Source: Betaproteobacteria bacterium (GTDB taxonomy: Bacteria; Pseudomonadota; Gammaproteobacteria; Burkholderiales; Usitatibacteraceae). From it: DNA of 64,000 nt. The translations under genes and the position numbers were made by a program. Shown here in pieces: positions 45,270 through 53,949 of the stretch. Location of the stretch: NCBI GenBank assembly GCA_016720855.1, contig JADKJU010000005.1:249636-313635 (forward strand). Reading direction: 5' to 3'. Below the pieces are notes generated by a model. That model ran no database searches and was not told where the DNA came from. It worked only from the letters and a program-made list of their open reading frames with translations. The stretch's first letter is position 1, and each line of letters begins with the position of its first letter.

Positions 45270-46088
45270 ATGCATCCACTGAAAATCGGGATTTCCGCCC
45301 GGCTCCTCTACCCGGATCCGCAGCGCACCTTCCTGCCCACGAAGACGGTGCAGTACCTCGAGCAATCCGTCGCCAGCTGGGTGATGTCGGGCCAGGTGCT
45401 GGCCTTCATGGTGCCGGAGATGAGCCTTTCGTCTCCGCACCTGCCGGCCAACGTCACGGTGAAGGACTACGTCGATGCGCTCGACGGCCTGGTCCTGCAG
45501 GGAGGAGCGGACATAGCGCCGGAATCCTATGGCGAGACGCCCCTCAATCCGGCGTGGTCCGGGGACCGCGTCCGCGACCGCTACGAGATCGAACTCTTCG
45601 AGGAGACGGTCCGCCAGGGCAAGCCCGTGTTCGGCATCTGCCGCGGCTGCCAGCTCATCAACGTGGCCCTGGGGGGCACGCTCTACCAGGACATCAACAC
45701 GCAGGTGCCGGAGACGCTCCTGCACCGCTGCGACAAGCGCTACGAGGACAACTTCCACGCCATGCGCGTCATCGAAGGAAGCTGGCTCTCCGCGGTGTAC
45801 CCGGGCGCCGCGATCACGCGCGTCAACACCATCCACCACCAGTCGGTGAAGGCCCTCGGCCGGGGCCTCGTCGTCGAGGCCGTCAGCGAGCCCGACGGCA
45901 TCGTGGAGGCCATGCGCTGGGAGGGCCCGAGCTTCGTGCTGGGCGTGCAATGGCACCCCGAATTCATGGATCCGTCCGACGCGGCGCTGCTCGACGGCAA
46001 GCCGCTGCAGGCCGCGTTCCTGGCCGCCTGCCGCAGCCGCAAGACGACCGGCAATCCCTCGCCCGTGACTGCCGTCATGGCTGCCTGA
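45270..46088 (+). CDS. gamma-glutamyl-gamma-aminobutyrate hydrolase family protein (peptidase C26, PuuD-like)
   Basis: 272 aa with nucleophile elbow GICRGCQLIN and His context VQWHPE. Confidence 0.85.
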   Translation: MHPLKIGISARLLYPDPQRTFLPTKTVQYLEQSVASWVMSGQVLAFMVPEMSLSSPHLPANVTVKDYVDALDGLVLQGGADIAPESYGETPLNPAWSGDRVRDRYEIELFEETVRQGKPVFGICRGCQLINVALGGTLYQDINTQVPETLLHRCDKRYEDNFHAMRVIEGSWLSAVYPGAAITRVNTIHHQSVKALGRGLVVEAVSEPDGIVEAMRWEGPSFVLGVQWHPEFMDPSDAALLDGKPLQAAFLAACRSRKTTGNPSPVTAVMAA

Positions 46089-46194
46089 AGTGGCGTCCGA
46101 TCGACCAACCCCCGGGAGCACCCGACGGGGAATCCGTCCGGCCTGCGAATCCCCTTTGCATCCACCCGCGGTTCCACCTGCTGCGATCGCCTCC

Positions 46195-47574
46195 ATGCCC
46201 ACGCTGAGAATCACCAACCCCGCCAACGGCAAGCCCGTCGCCTCCCTCCCCGCCGACGACGCCGCGAGCGTCAAGGCGAAATTCGCCGCCGCGCGCGCCG
46301 CGCAGCCCGCGTGGGCGAGGACGCCGCTGAAGAAGCGGCTCGCGGCAATCGCGAAGTTCCGCGCCCTCGTCATCGCGCAGACCGAAGAACTCGCCGCCAT
46401 CCTCACCACCGAGGTCGGCAAGCCCATCTCGCAGTCCAGGAACGAGCTGAAGGGCCTCATCGGCCGCCTCGATTTCTTCCTGGAGGAAACCGCCCGCACG
46501 CTCAGGCCCCGCAAGGTGGCCGGCGCGAAGGGCGGCGCGATGCAGGAAGTGATCGGCCACGAGCCGCTCGGCGTCGTCGCCAATGTCTCGGCCTGGAACT
46601 ACCCGTACTACGTCGGCGCCAACGTGTTCGTCCCCGCGCTCGCCACGGGCAACGCGGTTCTCTACAAGCCGTCCGAATTCGCGACCCTCACCGGCCTCGC
46701 CATCGCGCGGATGCTGCACGAGAGCGGAATTCCCGACGACGTCTTCATCCCCGTCATCGGCACGGGCGAGGTCGGCGCGGCGCTCGTGAAGCAGCCCGTG
46801 GACGGCGTCTTCTTCACCGGCTCCTACGGGACCGGCAAGCGCATCGCCCAGGCCGTGCGCGGGCGCATGATCCGCCTGCAGCTCGAGCTCGGCGGCAAGG
46901 ACCCGGTGTACGTCTGCGAGGACGTGGACGTGGCGGCCGCCGCGGCGGGAATCGCCGATGGCGCGTTCTACAACACCGGCCAGAGCTGCTGCTCGGTCGA
47001 GCGCATCTACGTTCACGAGGCCGTCTTCGAGGCCTTCCTCGCCGCCTTCGTGAAAGAGGTGAAGGGATTCAAGTCGGGCGACCCGCAGGCGGAGGCGACG
47101 TACATCGGCCCGCTCACCCGCGCGCCGCAGCTGAAGGTGCTCGAGCAGCAGGTGGCGGATGCGAAGCGCAAGGGCGCGAAGATACTCGCCGGCGGCCGGC
47201 GCGTGAAGGCGAAGGGCCACTGGTTCGAGCCCACCGTGATGGTGAACGTGGATCACTCGATGAGCGTGATGCGCGAGGAGAGTTTCGGCCCGATCATCGG
47301 CCTCATGCCGGTCAAGGACGACGCCGAGGCCGTTCGCCTCATGAACGACACGGACTACGGCCTGACTGCCGGCGTCTACACGAGGGACCGCAAGCGGGCG
47401 CAGCGGGTCCTTGCGCAGGTGCACGCGGGAAGCGTGTACTGGAACTGCTGCGACCGCGTGAGCCCGCGCCTGCCCTGGTCCGGCGTCGGGCATTCCGGCA
47501 TCGGGCTCACCCTTTCCACCCATGGCATCGAGGCCTTCACGCGCACCAAGGCGTGGCATCTCAAGACCCCCTGA
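46195..47574 (+). CDS. NAD(P)-dependent aldehyde dehydrogenase
   Basis: I prefer the start MPTLRITNPANGK. ELGGKDP and TGQSCCSVER. 459 aa. Confidence 0.85.
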   Translation: MPTLRITNPANGKPVASLPADDAASVKAKFAAARAAQPAWARTPLKKRLAAIAKFRALVIAQTEELAAILTTEVGKPISQSRNELKGLIGRLDFFLEETARTLRPRKVAGAKGGAMQEVIGHEPLGVVANVSAWNYPYYVGANVFVPALATGNAVLYKPSEFATLTGLAIARMLHESGIPDDVFIPVIGTGEVGAALVKQPVDGVFFTGSYGTGKRIAQAVRGRMIRLQLELGGKDPVYVCEDVDVAAAAAGIADGAFYNTGQSCCSVERIYVHEAVFEAFLAAFVKEVKGFKSGDPQAEATYIGPLTRAPQLKVLEQQVADAKRKGAKILAGGRRVKAKGHWFEPTVMVNVDHSMSVMREESFGPIIGLMPVKDDAEAVRLMNDTDYGLTAGVYTRDRKRAQRVLAQVHAGSVYWNCCDRVSPRLPWSGVGHSGIGLTLSTHGIEAFTRTKAWHLKTP

Positions 47575-47588
47575 ACCCGGAGAATTCC

Positions 47589-48041
47589 ATGCGCATCGCC
47601 TGGCTGGTCTCAATCCTGCTCGCGGCACCGCTTGCCGTCCTGGCCCAGAACAAGAACTCCAACGACTATCGCGAAGGCTACCGGAGCGGCTACGACGACG
47701 GCTTCGCGAGCGGCTATCGCAAGGGCCTCGACGAAGCTTCCCGGGGCGCGCCGCCGGCAGCCGCTCCTCCGATGGCCGTCCCGCCACCGCCACGGACGGG
47801 TCCCATCACCGTCTCGACGGCCCACTACGGCACCTCCGCGAGGAGTTGCGACGCCACGCGCTGGGTCGCGCGCAAGGTGAATGGCCGGCGCACCGCGTCG
47901 TTCGAAGTGACCAACGACATGTGCGGCGACCCGGCCAAGGGCGACCGCAAGGAGCTCGAGATCACCTACTTCTGCGGCTCGATCGCGAAGACCGCGTCCG
48001 CCTACGAGCACCGCACCGTTTCCCTCGACTGCACGTACTGA
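47589..48041 (+). CDS. secreted hypothetical protein (150 aa)
   Basis: Only the tail of track ORF 46311-48041 is coding. Signal peptide MRIAWLVSILLAAPLAVLA-QN, a Gly/Tyr-rich stretch (YREGYRSGYDDGFASGYRKG), a Pro-rich linker and a 4-Cys C-terminal domain. Confidence 0.6.
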   Translation: MRIAWLVSILLAAPLAVLAQNKNSNDYREGYRSGYDDGFASGYRKGLDEASRGAPPAAAPPMAVPPPPRTGPITVSTAHYGTSARSCDATRWVARKVNGRRTASFEVTNDMCGDPAKGDRKELEITYFCGSIAKTASAYEHRTVSLDCTY

Positions 48042-48050
48042 GGCCCGCGT

Positions 48051-48731
48051 TTGGAAACGGAACTCGCCGCCCTGCTCCGGACCGCATTCGTGGCGCTGGC
48101 CGCGCTGCTGCCGATCACGAATCCGCCGGGCAACGCGCCCATCTTCCTGTCGCTCACGCGCGCCATGGACGAACCGGGACGCCGGGCCATGGCCAGGCGC
48201 GTGGGGCTGAACTGCCTCGTGCTGCTCGTTGCCGCCGCGTATGTCGGCAACTACGTGCTCGCGTTCTTCGACATTTCCCTGGCCGTGGTGCGCGTAGGCG
48301 GCGGGCTCCTCGTGGCGGCGACGGCATGGCGTCTGCTCGCAGCCGAAGGCGAGGCGAGCGGCGACGCGCCCGGCTCGACCCGCGAGGCCTCCCCCGAGGA
48401 AGTGGCGGGCCGCGCGTTCTATCCCCTGTCCTTCCCGATCACCGTGGGCCCGGGCTCGATCTCGATTGCGATCACGCTGGGCGCAAGCCTGCCCGCGCGT
48501 GGCGCTGCACGCCTTTCCTCCTCCCTGGGACTGCTCGCAGGCATCTGGGTGGCCTCACTGGCAATCTGGCTCGCCTACCGCTACGCCTCGCACCTCGTGC
48601 GGCTGCTGGGCACGTCGGGGACGGCCGTGTTCCTGCGGCTCTCGGCTTTCATCCTGCTCTGCATCGGCGTGCAGATCTGCTGGGATGGCATCGCGGAACT
48701 GCTCGCGCCCTGGCGTCCGGCGATGCGGTGA
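48051..48731 (+). CDS. MarC-family (UPF0056) integral membrane protein
   Basis: 226 aa with the hallmark LLPITNPPGNAPIFLSL. The start is TTG and uncertain. Confidence 0.8.
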   Translation: METELAALLRTAFVALAALLPITNPPGNAPIFLSLTRAMDEPGRRAMARRVGLNCLVLLVAAAYVGNYVLAFFDISLAVVRVGGGLLVAATAWRLLAAEGEASGDAPGSTREASPEEVAGRAFYPLSFPITVGPGSISIAITLGASLPARGAARLSSSLGLLAGIWVASLAIWLAYRYASHLVRLLGTSGTAVFLRLSAFILLCIGVQICWDGIAELLAPWRPAMR

Positions 48732-48747
48732 GGAAGAAGACGCGACC

Positions 48748-49485
48748 ATGACCCAGCTTCAAGGCAAGGTGGCCGTGGTGACCGGGGGTGCGGGGAGCCT
48801 CGGGCTTGCAGCCGTGCGCGCGCTCCTCGAGGACGGCGCCCGTGTGGCGCTCGTGGACCTGGATGCCCTGCGCCTCGATACGCTGTCGAGGTTCCTGCGC
48901 GGCGACCGGATCGTCGTGGCCGCCGACGTCACGGATGCGTTCGCCGTTCGCGCAGCCCACGAGCGCGTTCGCGCCGAGTTCGGTCCCGTGGACATTCTGG
49001 TGAATGCCGCCGGCGCCACCTCCGAGGCTGTCGTCGCGGCCATCGACGAGGCCGCCTGGCGGCGCACCCTCGGCGCGCGCCTGGACGGCACCTTCCTATG
49101 GGCGCGCGCCGTGCTCCCGGAAATGGCCGCGCGCGGCTGGGGGCGCATCGTGAACGTGGGGGGGCAGGGCTCGGCCGCGACCCCACGCGGGCCGGCCGAT
49201 GCGGCCGCTTCGGGCGGGGTCGCCTCGTTCACCCTGGCACTCGCCCGCGAAGGCGCGCCGCGCGGCGTCACGGTGAACGCCATCGCACCCGCCTTCGTTC
49301 GCTCCGCGTCCATCACGGAAAACCTCTCCGAGGCGCAGCGCCGGCAGGCGCTTGCCAGGATTCCGGCCGGGCGCTTTGGCGAGCCCGAGGAGTTCGCGCA
49401 TGCCGTGCGCTACCTCGTCTCGCCCCTCGCGGGCTTCGTGACCGGGGAAATCCTGGGCCTGGACGGCGGGCTGCACCTCACCTGA
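48748..49485 (+). CDS. short-chain dehydrogenase/reductase-fold protein lacking the catalytic Ser-Tyr-Lys
   Basis: Rossmann motif VTGGAGSLG is present. Aligned by eye to FabG (NVGS...NYAAAKAG..LARE), the window protein reads NVGG...ADAAASGG..LARE, so Ser to Gly, Tyr to Asp and Lys to Ser. Confidence 0.75.
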   Translation: MTQLQGKVAVVTGGAGSLGLAAVRALLEDGARVALVDLDALRLDTLSRFLRGDRIVVAADVTDAFAVRAAHERVRAEFGPVDILVNAAGATSEAVVAAIDEAAWRRTLGARLDGTFLWARAVLPEMAARGWGRIVNVGGQGSAATPRGPADAAASGGVASFTLALAREGAPRGVTVNAIAPAFVRSASITENLSEAQRRQALARIPAGRFGEPEEFAHAVRYLVSPLAGFVTGEILGLDGGLHLT

Positions 49486-49517
49486 CCCTGCGCCGGGCCG
49501 GGCGCGATGCCGATTTC

Positions 49518-49531
49518 TTGATCTCCCTTAA
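49518..49531 (+). promoter_or_regulatory. degenerate FNR/Dnr-type box upstream of the hemerythrin gene
   Basis: TTGATCTCCCTTAA (TTGA-N6-TTAA). TAGTCT at 49554-49559 lies where a -10 element falls if the box is centred at -41.5. Confidence 0.35.
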
Positions 49532-49582
49532 ATTTCCGCGGGACGCACCCCGGTAGTCTGGCTCCTCCATTCTGGAGGGTCG

Positions 49583-50155
49583 ATGCCCGCTTCGCCGACC
49601 GAACAGTCCGGCGCCCCGTCCCCGGGGGACGCCCTCGGCACCTGCTACCGCTGCATGGCGCGAATGCTCGATCGCCTGGAGCGGCTCGCCGCCGAGTTCG
49701 ATTCCTCCTTGCACGAAGCGCCGCCCGCGGATGCTGCGGACCGCGCCGGCGCGCTGGTTGCCGACATCGACGAGGCGCTCGCCGTGCACATGGGGGACGA
49801 GGAAAAGGACATCTTCCCGGCCCTGCTCGCGGCGGCCGATTCCCCCGCCCGCCGGGCCCAGGCCTTCGAACTGGTCTCCTCGCTGCTGGTCGAGCACCAT
49901 GAACTGGCGGAGCTGTGGCACGCGCTTCGCATCCCGCTCCTCGCGCTGGGCAGCGGGGTCGCCGTCAGCCTGCCCGGCGGCACGGCCGCGGACTTCCTCC
50001 AATTCGCGCGGCGCCACCTGGAACGCGGGGAACTCGAGCTCGCCGACCTGATGCGCGTAATCGGCCCGCAAAGGTCACGCGAGATCGGCGTCGCCATGGC
50101 GCAGCGCCACGACGATACGCACCTGCGAATCAAGGACTGCCCGCTGAAGCCCTGA
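49583..50155 (+). CDS. hemerythrin (HHE cation-binding) domain protein
   Basis: 190 aa. HMGDEEKDIFPAL and EHHELAE motifs. GGAGGG Shine-Dalgarno upstream. Confidence 0.75.
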   Translation: MPASPTEQSGAPSPGDALGTCYRCMARMLDRLERLAAEFDSSLHEAPPADAADRAGALVADIDEALAVHMGDEEKDIFPALLAAADSPARRAQAFELVSSLLVEHHELAELWHALRIPLLALGSGVAVSLPGGTAADFLQFARRHLERGELELADLMRVIGPQRSREIGVAMAQRHDDTHLRIKDCPLKP

Positions 50156-50170
50156 ACCGGGGTCGGGCAA

Positions 50171-50193
50171 CTTCCGGTGCCTGGCACCGGAAG
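50171..50193. terminator. 10-bp perfect hairpin between convergent hemerythrin and ctaA genes
   Basis: CTTCCGGTGC-ctg-GCACCGGAAG. There is no U-run. It lies 16 nt after one stop and 5 nt before the other. Confidence 0.45.
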
Positions 50194-50197
50194 GTCG

Positions 50198-51265
50198 TCA
50201 GCGCAGGGTTCTTGCGAGCCAGACGGCCGCAGTGAGGACGACGACCGCGCCGCCCTGGTGGGCGGTGGCGATGCCGACCGGCACGGCCATCAGCAGCGTC
50301 GTGATGCCGAGCACGACCTGGAGCAGCGTGGCACCGGCCAGCGTGCCGGCGGCAAGACGCGATTCCTTGCTTGCGGTGCGCGAGGCGAACACCCGCCACG
50401 CGAGGATCCACGCACCCGCGAGGACGACGAGCGCGAGCGTGCGGTGCACGAACTGCACGGTGGCCATGTTGTAGGCGAAATTGCGCCACCACGGCTCGAT
50501 CAGCAGGATCTCGGGCGGAACCCAGTGGCCGTTCATGAGTGGCCAGGTGTTGTAGGCGAAGCCGGCGCGGATGCCGGCCACGAACCCGCCAGTGAGCGCC
50601 ATCGCGAACACGACGACAGCGAAGGCGAGACCGGCGCGCCGCAGTGCGTCGGTCGCGCCCGACCGCGCCGGGCGCAGGATGCCATGCGCCACCCAGAACA
50701 TGCACGCGTATATGAGCAGCGCCAGGCCCAGGTGTGCCGTGAGCCGGAACTGGCTCACCTGCGGATCGTCCACCAGACCGCTCTTCACCATGTACCACCC
50801 CATCCCGCCCTGCAGCCCGCCCAGCAGCAGGATGCCCGCGAGCTTCCAGCCCAGGGGCCGGTCCAGCCGCCCGCGCAGCCAGAAGTAGAGGAAAGGCACG
50901 AAGAAGGCCACGCCGATGAGTCGCCCGAGCAGCCGATGGAAATACTCCCACCAGAAGATCGACTTGAACCCCTCGAGGCCCATGTCGTGGTTGCGCAGCC
51001 TGAACTCGGGCGTGAGCTTGTACTTGTCGAAGGTCTCGGCCCACTGCGCCTCGTTCAGGGGCGGGAGCGCGCCCACCAGGGGCTTCCACTCGACGATGGA
51101 CAGGCCGGAATGGGTGAGGCGGGTCGCCCCGCCCACCACGACCATCGCAAAGACCAGGGCGCAGCAGGCCAGCAGCCAGAAAGCCACAGCCCGGCGGCCC
51201 TTGCCCGGGGTCGCGTAAGGGGAGGCCGCCGCCGCGGCGATCGGGAGGGCGTTCACGGGGTCCAT
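50198..51265 (-). CDS. ctaA: heme A synthase (COX15/CtaA family, proteobacterial type)
   Basis: I prefer ATG at complement 51263-51265. GGATRLTHSGLSIVEWKP, WWEYFHRLLGR and FVHRTLA are conserved His-bearing helices. Confidence 0.85.
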   Translation of the reverse strand: MDPVNALPIAAAAASPYATPGKGRRAVAFWLLACCALVFAMVVVGGATRLTHSGLSIVEWKPLVGALPPLNEAQWAETFDKYKLTPEFRLRNHDMGLEGFKSIFWWEYFHRLLGRLIGVAFFVPFLYFWLRGRLDRPLGWKLAGILLLGGLQGGMGWYMVKSGLVDDPQVSQFRLTAHLGLALLIYACMFWVAHGILRPARSGATDALRRAGLAFAVVVFAMALTGGFVAGIRAGFAYNTWPLMNGHWVPPEILLIEPWWRNFAYNMATVQFVHRTLALVVLAGAWILAWRVFASRTASKESRLAAGTLAGATLLQVVLGITTLLMAVPVGIATAHQGGAVVVLTAAVWLARTLR

Positions 51266-51319
51266 TTTAGGTGCCGGCTCCACTTCCGGCCATGTCCCGA
51301 AGGCCCAAAAAGGCTTTTC

Positions 51320-51333
51320 TTGAACCCGTTCAA
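51320..51333. promoter_or_regulatory. FNR/Dnr-type box (perfect palindrome) in the ctaA / oxidase divergent region
   Basis: TTGAACCCGTTCAA = TTGA-N6-TCAA. TAGCAT at 51356-51361 has class-II spacing (box centre to predicted start site about 41.5 nt). The first downstream start codon with a Shine-Dalgarno is 51417. Confidence 0.6.
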
Positions 51334-51416
51334 GTTTTTCCGGCGCCCGGCTGCCTAGCATACCCCCGGTGACGTGCCGAACCTCGCGGCCCGCGCCCAT
51401 TCCAGGAGAAGTCCCC

Positions 51417-51602
51417 ATGAGCCAGGTACCCGCCACGCCCGGTGCGGCCGACGATGCCGACGTGCACGACGAACCGATTCCGATGATGCAGCAACTCATC
51501 GACAACCCGTTCCTGCTCCTGTTCCTCGGGGTCGCGATGCCCACCGTCCTCTACATCGTCTGGGGCGTGATGGAAATCGTGGGCATCCCGCTCACCAAGT
51601 GA
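51417..51602 (+). CDS. small single-TM membrane protein heading the oxidase operon
   Basis: 61 aa with AGGAGA Shine-Dalgarno and one hydrophobic helix (FLLLFLGVAMPTVLYIVWGVMEIV). It may be analogous to small accessory subunits of B-type oxidases. Confidence 0.5.
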   Translation: MSQVPATPGAADDADVHDEPIPMMQQLIDNPFLLLFLGVAMPTVLYIVWGVMEIVGIPLTK

Positions 51603-51630
51603 CCGCCGCGACCACCCCGGAGAAGACCCC

Positions 51631-52185
51631 ATGAGCGCCATCCAATCCCCGCCCCAGAGAGTCTGGTGGAAGCAACCCCTCGACCGAGTCGAAGGCACCT
51701 GGATCGTCATCGCCTTCGTGTGGTGCATGGTCATGTTCTTCATGATGCCGTACTGGCACGTCTACGGTAAGCAGAACCTCTCCAACGAGGCCTACCGCTC
51801 CACGCCCGAGGCGTTCCTCGCCAAGGCGCAGGCGATGGTGGACAAGCACACCGTGCGCACCGTCACGGAGCAGAACATTCCCGTCGTGCACCCCGTGCCG
51901 GGCGCCGACGTCTATCTCGTGGCGCGCCTGTGGCAGTGGTGGCCGGTGCTGGAACTCGAGGAAGGCCAGACCTACCGCCTGCACATCATGTCCACCGACT
52001 GGCTGCACGGCTTCTCCCTGCAGCCCGAGAACATCAACATCCAGGTGCATCCCGGCTACGAGCACGTCGTGACCATGACGCCCACCAAGGAAGGCACCTA
52101 CTCGATCATCTGCAACGAGTACTGCGGCATCAACCACCACACGATGGCGAGCAAGCTCTACGTCGTCAAACCGAAGAAGCAGTAG
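51631..52185 (+). CDS. heme-copper oxidase subunit II, single-TM, CuA cupredoxin domain (B-family/ba3-like)
   Basis: 184 aa. The CuA ligands are intact: DWLHGF ... CNEYCGINHHTM (C-x3-C-x3-H-x2-M). Collinear with ba3 subunit II (..DVIHGF....ICNQYCGLGHQNM). Confidence 0.85.
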   Translation: MSAIQSPPQRVWWKQPLDRVEGTWIVIAFVWCMVMFFMMPYWHVYGKQNLSNEAYRSTPEAFLAKAQAMVDKHTVRTVTEQNIPVVHPVPGADVYLVARLWQWWPVLELEEGQTYRLHIMSTDWLHGFSLQPENINIQVHPGYEHVVTMTPTKEGTYSIICNEYCGINHHTMASKLYVVKPKKQ

Positions 52186-52195
52186 GGAGATCGCC

Positions 52196-53926
52196 ATGGC
52201 CGTCAATCGCAATTTCCGCACCTGCCCGTCCACCGGACTCGTCTACCACGAGCCCGCCGAGGCGCTCATCCGCTGGAACGCCGTCGCCGGCGTCGTCTCG
52301 CTCCTCGTGGGCGGCGTCCTGGCCCTGCTGGTCACGCTCACGCGCTGGCCGGCGGTGAGGCTCCTGCCGCCCGACTGGTTCTACCTCGTGCTCACCGCGC
52401 ATGGCCTGGACATGCTGGTGTTCTGGATCATCTTCTTCGAGATCGCGGTGCTCTACTTCGCCGCCTCGACGCTGCTCAAGTGCCGCCTGGCGACGCCGAA
52501 GGTGGCCTGGGTGGCCTTCTGGCTGATGATCGTGGGCGCGATCACGAACAACGTCGCCGTGTTCAAGGGCGATTCCAGCGTCATGTTCACGTCCTACGTG
52601 CCGATGGGGGCTCACCCGCTCTTCTACCTCGGGCTCATCCTCTTCGCCGTGGGCGCGCTCGTCGCCTGCTTCGTGTTCTTCGGCACGCTCGTCGTGGGCA
52701 AGTCGGAGAAGACCTACAACGGCTCGATCCCGCTGGTGACCTTCGGCGCCGTGACCGCGGCGATCATCGCGGTATTCACCATCGCCGCGGGCGCCATCAT
52801 CCTGATACCGACCTTCATGTGGTCCGTGGGGCTGGTCTCGCACATCGACTCCCTCATGTACCGCACGGTCTGGTGGGCGTTCGGGCACTCCTCGCAGCAG
52901 ATCAACGTCGCCGCGCACGTGTCCGTGTGGTACGCGATCGCCGCCATCGTCTTCGGCGCCAAGCCGATGAGCGAGAAGGTGAGCCGCACGGCCTTCGTGC
53001 TCTACATCCTGTTCCTGCAGCTCGCGAGCGCGCACCACCTGCTCGCCGACCCGGGCCTCACCTCCAACTGGAAGATCTTCAACACCAGCTACGCGATGTA
53101 CCTCGCCGTGCTCGCCTCCATGGTGCACGGCCTCACGGTGCCGGGCGCGATCGAGGTGGCGCAGCGCGAGAAGGGCTTCAACAAGGGCCTTTTCGAGTGG
53201 CTGAGGAAGGCCCCGTGGGGCAATCCCAGCTTCTCGGGCATGTTCATGTCGCTCGTGGGCTTCGGCTTCCTGGGCGGGATCTCGGGCGTCATGATGGGCA
53301 CCGAGCAGTTGAACCTCATCATCCACAACACGATCTACGTGCCGGGCCACTTCCACGCGACGGTGGTCGTGGGAACCACGCTCGCCTTCATGGCGCTCAC
53401 GTACTTCCTGATCCCGACCCTTTTCCGGCGCGAACTGATGTTCCCGGCGATGGCCAAGTGGCAGACCTACGTCTATGGCCTGGGCATGATGGGATTCTCG
53501 GTCTTCATGATGGGCGCCGGAACGCTCGGCGTGCCGCGCCGCCATTGGGACATGGCCTTTTCCGGCGCGGTCCTGCCGCACGAGTTCCCCGGCACGGCCT
53601 ATCTCATGATGGGCCTCATGGCGGTCTCGGGCATCCTCGCGACCGTGGGCGGCGCGATGTTCCTCATCAACACGGTGGGGTCGGTGTTCCTCGGCAAGAA
53701 GATCCAGACGCCGGGCTTCGCCCGCGTGTCGGTGAAGGATGGCATGGCCCCGGCGCCGACGCCGGAATTCGCGGCGCCCGCAGTCCCCGCGGTGCACGGC
53801 TCCATCGGCATCGGCGGTTTCGTGGCGCCGGGCACCTTCGTGCTGGCGATGGTGTTCCTCACGTCTTTCATCCTCTACTACTTCGTGAACTGGAAGTACC
53901 TGTCGACCGTCTGGCCGCTGAAGTAG
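52196..53926 (+). CDS. heme-copper oxidase superfamily subunit I, B-family-like but lacking the cross-linked Tyr (NOR-like active site)
   Basis: 576 aa. The His ligands are LTAHG (helix II), WWAFGH (VI), SAHH (VII) and GHFHATV (X). Aligned by eye with Thermus ba3 RTLFWWTGHPIVY, it reads RTVWWAFGHSSQQ, so Gln occupies the Tyr237 position. Confidence 0.85.
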   Translation: MAVNRNFRTCPSTGLVYHEPAEALIRWNAVAGVVSLLVGGVLALLVTLTRWPAVRLLPPDWFYLVLTAHGLDMLVFWIIFFEIAVLYFAASTLLKCRLATPKVAWVAFWLMIVGAITNNVAVFKGDSSVMFTSYVPMGAHPLFYLGLILFAVGALVACFVFFGTLVVGKSEKTYNGSIPLVTFGAVTAAIIAVFTIAAGAIILIPTFMWSVGLVSHIDSLMYRTVWWAFGHSSQQINVAAHVSVWYAIAAIVFGAKPMSEKVSRTAFVLYILFLQLASAHHLLADPGLTSNWKIFNTSYAMYLAVLASMVHGLTVPGAIEVAQREKGFNKGLFEWLRKAPWGNPSFSGMFMSLVGFGFLGGISGVMMGTEQLNLIIHNTIYVPGHFHATVVVGTTLAFMALTYFLIPTLFRRELMFPAMAKWQTYVYGLGMMGFSVFMMGAGTLGVPRRHWDMAFSGAVLPHEFPGTAYLMMGLMAVSGILATVGGAMFLINTVGSVFLGKKIQTPGFARVSVKDGMAPAPTPEFAAPAVPAVHGSIGIGGFVAPGTFVLAMVFLTSFILYYFVNWKYLSTVWPLK

Positions 53927-53949
53927 GCTCGGGCGATCGGGAGACCTCC

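Noticed and set aside
43831-45282. 483-aa ORF read straight through as one protein
   Set aside because: The first 85 codons precede a better ATG (44086) and look non-coding. The last ~85 codons are Arg-rich junk produced by the frameshift, and the true C-terminus is in the +1 frame.
46311-48041. 576-aa ORF overlapping the ALDH gene
   Set aside because: Only the final 150 codons, after the ALDH stop and beginning with a signal peptide, look coding.
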